Part shown: positions 16,022 to 23,926 of the stretch, one piece after another
Position numbering within the stretch: position 1 is the first letter of the stretch
Layout: each line of letters opens with the position of its first letter
Made by a program: the position numbers and the translations under genes
Notes under the pieces: generated by a model
Databases searched by the model: none
The model's input: the letters and a program-made list of their open reading frames with translations, nothing else
Told to the model about the DNA's origin: nothing
Assembly: GCA_026413765.1 (NCBI GenBank)
Contig: JAOAKI010000001.1
Span: 6,325-70,324, forward strand
DNA from: Candidatus Micrarchaeota archaeon
GTDB taxonomy: Archaea > Micrarchaeota > Micrarchaeia > Anstonellales > Anstonellaceae
Direction of reading: 5' to 3'
Length of the DNA: 64,000 nt

Positions 16022-16255
16022 TCAGATAATCTCCTGGACAGCATCTGTTTTGGCTTTGTAGACTTCAATCACTTTCCTGTAGCGCATGAAGAATCTGTCT
16101 GCCGCCTTTTCGTCTTCATCTTGCACTATTATGACTGATTTGGTCTTCCAGGGGCAGCTGGAAAGCTTGCTTTTTTTCAGCTCATAGTAGAATCTTCTTT
16201 TGATTCGGTTGTAGTCTTTCATTGTTGTTTTCAAGTCATAAAAATAAATTATCAT
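16022..16255 (-). CDS. small protein (77 aa) co-oriented 9 nt upstream of rad50
   Basis: From ATG at 16255 it reads MIIYFYDLKTTMKDYNRIKRRFYYELKK...KSVIIVQDEDEKAADRFFMRYRKVIEVYKAK. The beta-alpha-beta-beta-alpha-beta pattern vaguely recalls Cas2/VapD-like ferredoxin folds. That comparison is speculative. Confidence 0.5.
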   Translation of the reverse strand: MIIYFYDLKTTMKDYNRIKRRFYYELKKSKLSSCPWKTKSVIIVQDEDEKAADRFFMRYRKVIEVYKAKTDAVQEII

Positions 16256-16304
16256 GCCTGCTTTATGGCACAAACTCAACTATAAATCTTGCTTTCTGGG
16301 AGCC

Positions 16305-16556
16305 TCATATTCGGTCGGCAGACAATATTTCTACGCTTGAGACATTTGGCAAGCTTGCCGCCCTTTCCTCAAGCAAGTCGGTGCCGCCTGCCTTGTCCTC
16401 GACAACAAAACTAGCGACAATTGCCACAATTCCGAATGCCAATGGCTGCTCTTCAACCTTGTATGGCTTGAGGCTTTCCTCAACATCTGCCTTCAGCTGG
16501 TCAAACTTCTCCATCTCTTGCGGCACAATTCTTATCTTTACCAATACTTGACCCAT
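16305..16556 (-). CDS. translation elongation factor aEF-1 beta
   Basis: MGQVLVKIRIVPQEME...EEQPLAFGIVAIVASFVVEDKAGGTD...VSSVEILSADRI matches the aEF-1beta pattern (KVMP...EPIAFGL...D.EGGT...V). Confidence 0.9.
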   Translation of the reverse strand: MGQVLVKIRIVPQEMEKFDQLKADVEESLKPYKVEEQPLAFGIVAIVASFVVEDKAGGTDLLEERAASLPNVSSVEILSADRI

Positions 16557-16569
16557 TTTCAGCGCACCT

Positions 16570-16722
16570 TCACGGACCTGCCCTTCCGCATGCAGGGCAG
16601 CTGTAAGGCAAGCTTATTTTCCTGCAGTGCGGGCATCGTACTATCTTGCTTCCGCATTCTGGGCAGGGAAATTCAGCATAGCTTTTTGTCCTCTTGCCGC
16701 AAGTGATACAGCTTTTCAGCAT
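16570..16722 (-). CDS. Zn-ribbon protein (50 aa, four CxxC pairs), not in ORF track
   Basis: Reverse translation gives MLKSCITCGKRTKSYAEFPCPECGSKIVRCPHCRKISLPYSCPACGRAGP*. Small double zinc-ribbon proteins adjacent to aEF-1beta are a conserved archaeal arrangement (COG2888-like). Confidence 0.7.
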   Translation of the reverse strand: MLKSCITCGKRTKSYAEFPCPECGSKIVRCPHCRKISLPYSCPACGRAGP

Positions 16723-16760
16723 CCGATTCACCTATGCAGGCATTAAAAGCCAATAATGTT

Positions 16761-16991
16761 TTAATTCTTTGGCAAATACTCAAGCAGACCTTCTGCAAGG
16801 TCAGACACTGCAAGCAAGGCAGCAATGAACATCACAAAGGGATGCACTCCTTTGAGGCTGATAAAGAAAATGTTTATGTTCAAATAGAGGGCAAGAAGTA
16901 TGCCAACCAGCACATAAGCCCCAATCACCAAATGGATTGTGCCGATGAATCTTGCCGCAGAGGCGCTGTCTTCTCCTTTCTTAATGCCCAT
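16761..16991 (-). CDS. small membrane protein (76 aa)
   Basis: ATG start and two hydrophobic segments (FIGTIHLVIGAYVLVGILLALYL, FVMFIAALLAV). Confidence 0.45.
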   Translation of the reverse strand: MGIKKGEDSASAARFIGTIHLVIGAYVLVGILLALYLNINIFFISLKGVHPFVMFIAALLAVSDLAEGLLEYLPKN

Positions 16992-17027
16992 CTTACCACC
17001 ACCAAGTCTAAAAATCGATATTTCTAT

Positions 17028-18209
17028 TTAAATGCCTGCTTCTTGCCTCAGTTTCTCTGCCTTGTCGGTTCTTTCCCAGCTGAATTCAGGCTCTTCTCTT
17101 CCAAAATGCCCATAGCTTGCAGTTTTTTTGTAAATCGGCCTTCTTAATCCAAGGTCTGCAATTATCTGCCCTGCCTTCAGCCTGAAGTTTCCCCTCACAA
17201 GATCGACTATCTTGTGCTTTGGTATCTTTTCGGTTCCGAATGTCTCAACAAAAATCGAGACAGGGTCGGGCACCCCAATCACATATGCAAGCTGCACTTC
17301 GCATCGGTCCGCGATGCCTGCCGCAACTATGTTCTTTGCAATATAGCGAGCCATGTAGGATGCAGACCGGTCAACTTTGGTGGGGTCTTTGCCTGAAAAG
17401 CAGCCACCGCCATGTGAAGCCATGCCTCCATAGGTGTCCACTATTATTTTCCTTCCTGTCAGCCCGGTGTCTGCCGCAGGGCCTCCAAGAACAAACCTGC
17501 CCGTCCCATTCACTATTATCTGCGTTTTTTCATCAAGATATTCCCCAATCACAGGTACAATCACATGCTCCTGCAGGTCTTTTTTTATCCTTTGAACCTC
17601 TATCTCTGCCCCCTGATAGCTTTCATCATGCTGAGCAGCAATCACCACGGTGGTCACTTTCTGCGGCCTGTTTTTTTCGTCATACTCCACTGTGACTTGC
17701 GTTTTTCCATCCGGCCTCAAATAAGGTATTGTGCCGTCTTTCCTTACTTGCGCCAGCCTTTTTGCAAGCTGGTTTGCAAGCATTATAGGCAGCGGCATCA
17801 GCTGCGGGGTTTCGCGCACGGCATACCCAAACATTATGCCCTGGTCCCCTGCGCCTATCTCCTCCAACTCTCCTTCCTCTTTTACTCCCAATGCTATGTC
17901 AGGCGATTGCGAATGGATAGAAGAAAGCACGCCAACGCTTTTGCTGTCGAAGTGGTATTCTGGCTTTGTGTAGCCTATTTTCTCAAGCGTCTCTCTTACT
18001 ATGTAATCAATGTCGCAATAGCCACTAGTGGTTATCTCCCCTGCGACAACCACAAGCCCAGTAGTGGCCATCGCTTCTACCGCCACATGGGAATGGGGGT
18101 CCTGGGAAATCAAATCATCGACTATCGCGTCAGCGATCTGGTCGCAGACTTTGTCTGGGTGCCCTTCAGTCACCGATTCGGATGTGAACAAGTATTTTCC
18201 GCTTCCCAT
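17028..18209 (-). CDS. metK: S-adenosylmethionine synthetase, bacterial/eukaryotic type
   Basis: [37 protein letters not shown] and [19 protein letters not shown] are classical MetK motifs. I chose the start at ATG 18209 ([11 protein letters not shown]). Two further in-frame ATGs lie upstream. Confidence 0.9.
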   Translation of the reverse strand: MGSGKYLFTSESVTEGHPDKVCDQIADAIVDDLISQDPHSHVAVEAMATTGLVVVAGEITTSGYCDIDYIVRETLEKIGYTKPEYHFDSKSVGVLSSIHSQSPDIALGVKEEGELEEIGAGDQGIMFGYAVRETPQLMPLPIMLANQLAKRLAQVRKDGTIPYLRPDGKTQVTVEYDEKNRPQKVTTVVIAAQHDESYQGAEIEVQRIKKDLQEHVIVPVIGEYLDEKTQIIVNGTGRFVLGGPAADTGLTGRKIIVDTYGGMASHGGGCFSGKDPTKVDRSASYMARYIAKNIVAAGIADRCEVQLAYVIGVPDPVSIFVETFGTEKIPKHKIVDLVRGNFRLKAGQIIADLGLRRPIYKKTASYGHFGREEPEFSWERTDKAEKLRQEAGI

Positions 18210-18315
18210 AGCTTCACCGCTATTCCTTTGATAGCGCATCTTATATTTTCTCTTGCGGACTTTATTCATATATGAATAAGAGCAGCCCAGCCAGCCCGCA
18301 CAGCCGCGTCAGAAG

Positions 18316-18325
18316 CTTTTTAAAG
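18316..18325 (+). promoter_or_regulatory. TATA-like box (CTTTTTAAAG) upstream of the PHP-like gene
   Basis: It lies 20-29 nt upstream of ATG 18345. Confidence 0.3.
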
Positions 18326-18344
18326 TGGTCCTATCTGAAAATAA

Positions 18345-20009
18345 ATGGTCCATATGGCATTCCTCGTCCTTCCTAAGAAATCAAACATTTCATACGTGCA
18401 CAAAGAGCTTGCTTGCGCGCTTGCCTCGAATGGATTTTTTGCTTCAAAAGGCGTGCTGGCAGACCGGTATTATGACAAAAGTGACCCATCTTCGCAGACT
18501 TTTTTCGTTTATGGCAGGTCTTTTGAGGAGGACGGCAGCACCAACTCGAAATCCGCATTCAATATCTGCGTCTTGGATAGCGGCAGGCGCTTGAGGGTCT
18601 GGTTCTCAAATCCAGACGAATCTGCGCAAGCTGCCAATTTTGGCTACAGCCAATATATACGCTATTTTTCATTTTCTGCAGGAAATTCGGCAAAATTCGT
18701 CAAAGAGGTAGTTGATGCTGTTCTGGAAGCCTCCTCTCTCAAGCCAGCCTCCTCTTACAGGTTTTTCATCCACAACCATCTTGCAGAACTGGGCGGCGTC
18801 CTATTGAACAACTCACTGCAGATGTATGACGACGGCTGCTCGTCCTCTGCGGCATTTCTTTATAATCTGGTCCTTTCGCATGCGGATTTCGCGGCAATCA
18901 CTTCGCACAACCACTTTCTTCATGCACCCTGGAAGAGGTTCTCATCCGAGGCTTCAAAATACGGCATTACGCTGGTTGCAGGCTTTGAGGCGACGCTGCC
19001 TCTGCATGAATTTGAGCCTTGGCTCAAAGGGACGCCCGAAGGAAAAGCGCACAACCCAAACGGCCCGCACATCGTCCTCTTGTTTGAATCTGCCCAGCTT
19101 GCCTCTGAGTTTTGGAGCAGGTATTTTTCCGGCCGCCCAATCTACAAATATGCTCCGACCGCGTCAGCTGGGGTGGAGCTTTCCGCAATCTATGACTGCA
19201 TAGACAAGAACTACCGCGGCCAGATTGCGCGCCTTGTGGCACACCCCGTCTGCGACGTCTCTTTGCCTGATGTGGGACTTTTCAATCGAGTTGCAAAAGG
19301 GGAGATAGATTTGCAGACAATGGAGCAAATCTTTCTTAGGTCTTCAGGAATTGCGGTTTTCAACCCAACAGTGGACAGCAAGCCGATCGACTTTGATCTC
19401 TATCGGATGCAGGTGGAGCAATGCAGCCATTTTTCTGCAGAAGAAAAGCTGCGCAGAAAAAGAAACATAAATGAGGCAGAAGAATTCATACGCCAGCTTT
19501 TGCGCAATGTCGGCCTGGAGAAGCTGACACCAAACAACATCAACTTTGCTCTCGCCTTGCATTTCAGCCGAAAGCACACGGTGGCTTACTTTGATACCGA
19601 CTCGCACAATTTTGACTGGGGCTATACCGACCTTGGCGCATTCAACTGGATGATAAAGTCGATGGGGCTTTTTGCGGCAGGGCACAATTCCTATTCCTTT
19701 GAGTCGCTGCCGACTTCCAAGCCATCAGCAGCCGACGTTGTCCATTTCCTGGCAAAAGAAAGGCAGGACGGCTTTTGGTCATACACGCTTTTCAGCCAAA
19801 TAAAGGATGGCGAAATCCAGATCGCGCAGCAAAGAAGGGAGTCCTCTTTTGCCCAAAAAATCTTCAATGCACTTGAAAAAGCATATTATTATATCAAGCA
19901 AATCAAAAGGCTTGGTTCAGACACTGCGCAGGCGCTTTCGCACCAAGGCTCGCTTCATGAGCCGCTTGTGATGCTGAGAGGCTCAATCCCTGGAACAATA
20001 CCAAAATGA
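18345..20009 (+). CDS. PHP-domain-like phosphoesterase with about 150-aa unknown N-terminal region
   Basis: PHP-like motifs occur in the expected order: FFIHNHL (HxH), FAAITSHNHF (AITDHN-like), VAGFEATL (GxE), GPHIVLLF (H), LVAHPV (AHP) and FDTDSHNF (D-x-H). The N-terminal region and the long inserts match nothing I recognise. Confidence 0.55.
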   Translation: MVHMAFLVLPKKSNISYVHKELACALASNGFFASKGVLADRYYDKSDPSSQTFFVYGRSFEEDGSTNSKSAFNICVLDSGRRLRVWFSNPDESAQAANFGYSQYIRYFSFSAGNSAKFVKEVVDAVLEASSLKPASSYRFFIHNHLAELGGVLLNNSLQMYDDGCSSSAAFLYNLVLSHADFAAITSHNHFLHAPWKRFSSEASKYGITLVAGFEATLPLHEFEPWLKGTPEGKAHNPNGPHIVLLFESAQLASEFWSRYFSGRPIYKYAPTASAGVELSAIYDCIDKNYRGQIARLVAHPVCDVSLPDVGLFNRVAKGEIDLQTMEQIFLRSSGIAVFNPTVDSKPIDFDLYRMQVEQCSHFSAEEKLRRKRNINEAEEFIRQLLRNVGLEKLTPNNINFALALHFSRKHTVAYFDTDSHNFDWGYTDLGAFNWMIKSMGLFAAGHNSYSFESLPTSKPSAADVVHFLAKERQDGFWSYTLFSQIKDGEIQIAQQRRESSFAQKIFNALEKAYYYIKQIKRLGSDTAQALSHQGSLHEPLVMLRGSIPGTIPK

Positions 20010-20012
20010 TCT

Positions 20013-20279
20013 TCAGCAAAGCACAATCGTCTCAACTCCCGGCTGCAGCCTGCGTATATAGCAATCTATCTCAGTGGCAAGCTCAAGCGCCTTCAAGCTT
20101 GGGTATTCTTTCCTTACTGCCTCTTGCAAAGATTTTGCAAGCTCAATCTTTTTTTTGTCTTCTGCATCTGCCAGGTTTTTGATCAGCTCAAATGTTTTCC
20201 TTGAAAGCTCCAGCCTGTCTATTTTTCCTTTCGGCTCAGCTGCGACCCCTATGAGCCTTTCTATTTTTTGGATACTCAT
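20013..20279 (-). CDS. hypothetical helical protein (88 aa)
   Basis: ATG at 20279 with charged helical composition. No family recognised. Confidence 0.4.
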   Translation of the reverse strand: MSIQKIERLIGVAAEPKGKIDRLELSRKTFELIKNLADAEDKKKIELAKSLQEAVRKEYPSLKALELATEIDCYIRRLQPGVETIVLC

Positions 20280-20342
20280 TTTTTCCCCCACTTTTTTCCC
20301 ACCAAAGATTTTTAATACTGCCTGATCAAAGCTTTGCGCATC

Positions 20343-20744
20343 CTAATCCCAGCTTGCAGAAAGGAGCCTTGCTTTTGCGGCAGCAAGCCGTGCCTTTATC
20401 TTCTGGATGCTTTGGTTGCCGGGATTGCACTGCACGACCCAATTTGCTACTTCTCCTCTTTTTGAAGAGTGCGAATAGCTTGAGACCAGATCTACCTTTA
20501 GCTCTGCAAGGGCGGCTGCGGCAGCCGCAAGTGCGCCTGGCCTATCCGAAATCTCTATCACAAGCCTCAGCAGCTTCTTTTCGTGTGCAGGGCGCAGGGT
20601 TATCTCGTTTGCATCCTTGCCGAGGCTCAATATTATCTTGTCATTTGGCAAGATGCCTGCAATTTGGCGCATGTGCTGAGGAATCAAGACGCGCCCCTTC
20701 GAATCTACCCTCGAAGTCTCAACCAATGCCAAGCTTTCCACCAT
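20343..20744 (-). CDS. AbrB/SpoVT-like DNA-binding domain fused to ACT-like domain
   Basis: VDSKGRVLIPQHMRQIAGILPNDKIIL is the SpoVT/AbrB swapped-hairpin pattern. LRLVIEISDRPGALAAAAAALAELKVDLVS is ACT-like. I trimmed the ORF to ATG 20744 because the track's N-terminal extension overlaps a tRNA gene. Confidence 0.65.
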   Translation of the reverse strand: MVESLALVETSRVDSKGRVLIPQHMRQIAGILPNDKIILSLGKDANEITLRPAHEKKLLRLVIEISDRPGALAAAAAALAELKVDLVSSYSHSSKRGEVANWVVQCNPGNQSIQKIKARLAAAKARLLSASWD

Positions 20745-20798
20745 TTTCGGCTTCCGAAGCATTAAGTTTTTTGAATAGTTGCGCTTATATTGCTTCTT

Positions 20799-20872
20799 GC
20801 CCTCGTGGTATAACTTGGATAGCATGCGAGCTTGCGGAGCTTGAGATCCGCGTTCAAATCGCGGCGAGGGCG
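20799..20872 (+). tRNA. tRNA-Arg (GCG)
   Basis: Acceptor GCCCTCG/CGAGGGC, anticodon arm CGAGC-TTGCGGA-GCTTG and T arm CCGCG-TTCAAAT-CGCGG are all well formed. The D arm (GTAT...GCAT) pairs poorly, so confidence is reduced. Confidence 0.75.
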
Positions 20873-20961
20873 CTTTTTCCATGAAGGTGATAAAATGCGA
20901 AAAGGCAAGCGTTCGGCAGTAAGAAGGCAGTCAAGAAAAAGGGCAAAAAGCAACTGAGTCT

Positions 20962-21786
20962 ATGTCTGCGACAGCTTATGATTTTGAAGCCTGCAAAGAG
21001 GTTTTGCAGAAGGGCTCAAAGACGTTTTTTCTTTCCTCCAAACTATTGCCTGCTGCAAAAAAGAAAGCATTTTGGGCAGTCTACGCTTTCTGCAGGAAAA
21101 GCGACGACATCATCGACGAGGGCAACATCCCTGCAAGAAAGCGGCTTGAAATGCTTCGAAAATGGGAAAAAGAGCTTCTTGGCGCTTACGCCGGCAAGCC
21201 AAGCAAGCATCCTGTAATCCGTGCGTTCGTGTCGGTAGCAAAAGAGTTCAGTATTCCAAAAAGTTATCCGCTTACTCTGATCAGGGGCGTTTCTTCCGAT
21301 CTTTACCGCCAAAGGTTTTCCACTTTCCAGCAGTTGCGCGCATATTGCTTCTCAGTCGCTTCAATCGTTGGGCTCATGCTTTTGCGGGTCATGGGGATAA
21401 ATTCAGCCAAAGCGCGCAAGAAAGCGGTTTATCTTGGGATTGCGATGCAATTGACAAATATCATCAGGGATGTTGCTGAAGATTTCAGCGCAGGAAGGGT
21501 CTATCTGCCTGCATCTGACCTCAGAAGGTTTGGGCTTTCTTATTCTGACTTGGGCCCAAAAATGCAAAAAGGCAAAAAGAGAGCATTCATCAAGCTGATC
21601 GAGTTCGAATGCAAGCGTGCAAGGAAATATTATCGCCTTTCGCTTTCTGGCATCAGGCTTCTTCCAAAAGAGCTCCAAATAGCAATCACCACCGCTTCTC
21701 TGCTTTATTCCAGCATCCTTGACAAAATCGAGCGCTCTGGATTTGATGTGTTCAAGCAACAAAGGCTGTCGTCCTCTTTTACTTGA
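20962..21786 (+). CDS. crtB: phytoene synthase (squalene/phytoene synthase family)
   Basis: AVYAFCRKSDDIIDE is the first Asp-rich motif. NIIRDVAEDFSAGRVYLP is the second. Confidence 0.85.
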   Translation: MSATAYDFEACKEVLQKGSKTFFLSSKLLPAAKKKAFWAVYAFCRKSDDIIDEGNIPARKRLEMLRKWEKELLGAYAGKPSKHPVIRAFVSVAKEFSIPKSYPLTLIRGVSSDLYRQRFSTFQQLRAYCFSVASIVGLMLLRVMGINSAKARKKAVYLGIAMQLTNIIRDVAEDFSAGRVYLPASDLRRFGLSYSDLGPKMQKGKKRAFIKLIEFECKRARKYYRLSLSGIRLLPKELQIAITTASLLYSSILDKIERSGFDVFKQQRLSSSFT

Positions 21787-22045
21787 CTTTTGCCAGCAAC
21801 TCCCAACACAATACAGTGCACACCATCAGCGAAAGCCCGAAAGCCAAGTTTTCAGCCGGGATGAATGGAACCCTGATTCCAAGGATGTATCTTTCGCTGA
21901 ATTTCCACAGGCCAACATATGTCATTAGGTTGTCGAACACAAGCTGAAAAGCCAGCGAGACAAGACCAGCAGCCAACAGCATCCTCATGTTTGTCCTGCT
22001 TGCCAAAGCCAGCAAGAAAGATAAAACTAGCGCAACACCCGACAT
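21779..22045 (-). CDS. crtYd: lycopene cyclase domain subunit (heterodimeric type)
   Basis: An 88-aa three-TM protein with VPFIPAENLAFG (the PxE(E/N) motif). Its ATG shares one base with the upstream stop (TAATG at 22043-22047). Confidence 0.7.
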   Translation of the reverse strand: MSGVALVLSFLLALASRTNMRMLLAAGLVSLAFQLVFDNLMTYVGLWKFSERYILGIRVPFIPAENLAFGLSLMVCTVLCWELLAKVK

Positions 22046-22359
22046 TATTGTATATTCCACTTTCCCCACGCTCGCTTTGTAACCTCCCATACTGTCAGAT
22101 AAAAAAACGGGGCAACGACAAAAAACAGCAGCTCTTCAATTGGCTGGTTGATTATCACAATGCCAGTCATGTACTGAAGGCCAAATTCCCAATGCCCTCT
22201 TTCAGCAGCTATTATGTCCCAAGAGACAAAAACCAAAAAAACAGGCAAAACAGCATAGGCAAATCTTTTCAAACTTATCTGCACGCCTCCCAGCCTGCAC
22301 AAAGCAGCCGAAAAAATCGCTATCGCCGCAAGATAAGCCAAATAATAAAACCAGCTCAT
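22045..22359 (-). CDS. crtYc: lycopene cyclase domain subunit (heterodimeric type)
   Basis: A 104-aa membrane protein with INQPIEELLFFVVAPFF, the lycopene cyclase domain motif. Its start overlaps the crtI stop by 4 nt. Confidence 0.75.
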   Translation of the reverse strand: MSWFYYLAYLAAIAIFSAALCRLGGVQISLKRFAYAVLPVFLVFVSWDIIAAERGHWEFGLQYMTGIVIINQPIEELLFFVVAPFFYLTVWEVTKRAWGKWNIQ

Positions 22360-23846
22360 CTGTTTCCACCCGCAAAAAATTCTTCCTTGAACCTTTTTTC
22401 AATAAGCTGTGCAGAAAGAAGGACGATTGGTATTCCGCTTCCTGGATGGGTGCTTGCCCCCACAAAATAAAGCCTTTTGATTTTCCTGTCTTTGTTTGGT
22501 GGCCTGAATCCGGCCGACTGCAGAAGTGTCGGCGATAGACCAAATGTTGCACCATCCTCCAAGTTGAACATCTCTTTCCAATTTTGCGGCGTGATCCTCT
22601 CTTCCATCACTATCCTTTTTTCCAGCTCCTTTATGCCTATCCTCTCAAGCCTTTCGAAGACCTTCCTGCGGAGCCTACCTGCCTCCTCATCCCAATTTAT
22701 TTTCGATGAAAGGTTTGGCACCGGCACAAGTATGTAAAGTATGCTGTGGCCTTCTGGGGCAAGCGAGCTGTCATGCACGCAGGGGTTGGCAATATAGATT
22801 CCTGGCTCTTGTGGCATTGTTTTTTTCTCAAATATCTCTTCGAAAGTTTTTAGGCTGTCTTTCGGCAAGAGGAAGGTGTGGTGCGGCAGATCAACCGCAC
22901 CCTTTATACCCAAATAAATCATGAATGCGGAGCACGAGTTCTTAAGCAGTCGTAGTTTTGAGTTGGGCATGTGCGGCCTGTCCTTTTCTTCAATCAGGCA
23001 AAGATAGGTGTAGATTAAGTCTGCGTTTGAGATAACGGCATCAGCGCGAACTATTTCGCCTCCCTCAAGCATGACGCCAACTGCCTGCATATTCTCTATC
23101 ATGATTTTTTTGACCGGATTGCCAAATTTTATTTTCACTCCCATCTGATAGCAAACCTGCCGGATTGCTTCCGCTATTTTGTAAAGCCCTCCTTTTGGGT
23201 ACCAAACCCCTTCAGTGAATTCCACATAAGGTATCAGGCCGTATACGGCAGGCAGAGCGGTCGGGGCTGCGCCAATATAGACTGATTGGATTGAGAATGC
23301 AAGCCGAATTCTCGGGTCAGCAAAATAGTCGCCAGTTTTGGAATAAACATCCCTCAAGGCACCAGCTGAAAGGAGCGCGGCAATCGCCTTTGGATTTATC
23401 ATGTCAAGTGGCGAATCAAAATTTTTTTCTATGAATTCCTCAAGCGCAATTTGGTAATATTTTTTGTAGTCCGCCAGATATCTTCCGTAAGCGTCAGCGT
23501 CTTTTTGCGAGATATTTGCCATCTCTTCAATCATCTTCTTTACATCCGAATATGGCGAAAATTGGCCATCACCCTCGAAATATATCCTGTAGATCGGGTG
23601 CAGCTGCTCCAAGTGGAGCCAATCTTCAAGCCTCATGCCCATGTCATCAAAAAACTTGCGCAGGACCCATGGCATCAGCAGAAGCGTCGGCCCAATGTCT
23701 ACGCGGAAATTTTCTTTTTGCATGCACGCAAGCCTGCCGCCTGCATTGCCGTTCTTCTCATATATTTCCACTTCGAACCCAAGCTTTGCCAGCCTGCATG
23801 CAGCAGCCATGCCTCCAACGCCAGCTCCAATTATGACAACTTTCAT
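22356..23846 (-). CDS. crtI: phytoene desaturase
   Basis: MKVVIIGAGVGGMAAACRLAKLGFEVEIYEKNGNAGGR is the FAD-binding fold. Length (496 aa) and the C-terminal YFVGASTHPGSGIP motif match CrtI. Confidence 0.85.
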   Translation of the reverse strand: MKVVIIGAGVGGMAAACRLAKLGFEVEIYEKNGNAGGRLACMQKENFRVDIGPTLLLMPWVLRKFFDDMGMRLEDWLHLEQLHPIYRIYFEGDGQFSPYSDVKKMIEEMANISQKDADAYGRYLADYKKYYQIALEEFIEKNFDSPLDMINPKAIAALLSAGALRDVYSKTGDYFADPRIRLAFSIQSVYIGAAPTALPAVYGLIPYVEFTEGVWYPKGGLYKIAEAIRQVCYQMGVKIKFGNPVKKIMIENMQAVGVMLEGGEIVRADAVISNADLIYTYLCLIEEKDRPHMPNSKLRLLKNSCSAFMIYLGIKGAVDLPHHTFLLPKDSLKTFEEIFEKKTMPQEPGIYIANPCVHDSSLAPEGHSILYILVPVPNLSSKINWDEEAGRLRRKVFERLERIGIKELEKRIVMEERITPQNWKEMFNLEDGATFGLSPTLLQSAGFRPPNKDRKIKRLYFVGASTHPGSGIPIVLLSAQLIEKRFKEEFFAGGNR

Positions 23847-23926
23847 CCCACCACTTTTACGTCAATTGTTGAAAATAACATTTATTAATTAGCAGTTTCA
23901 ACGAATATGAGACTTGAAGTAAGTGA

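Noticed and set aside
16022-16255. Calling the 77-aa ORF a Cas2 protein.
   Set aside because: The resemblance is only a secondary-structure-like pattern seen by eye. No CRISPR array and no other cas gene is present, so I report it as hypothetical.
20886-20957. Box C/D-like sRNA in the spacer between tRNA-Arg and crtB (GGTGATAA ... CTGA).
   Set aside because: The 5' box is imperfect (GUGAUAA). No internal C' or D' boxes and no terminal stem are present. The A-rich spacer is equally well explained as the crtB promoter and leader.
20962-23846. A rhodopsin or carotenoid oxygenase gene adjacent to the crt cluster.
   Set aside because: I looked for a seven-TM ORF with a retinal-lysine motif, or a Blh/Brp-like membrane protein, on both sides. 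The flanks hold only tRNA-Arg, the AbrB-ACT gene and korAB.
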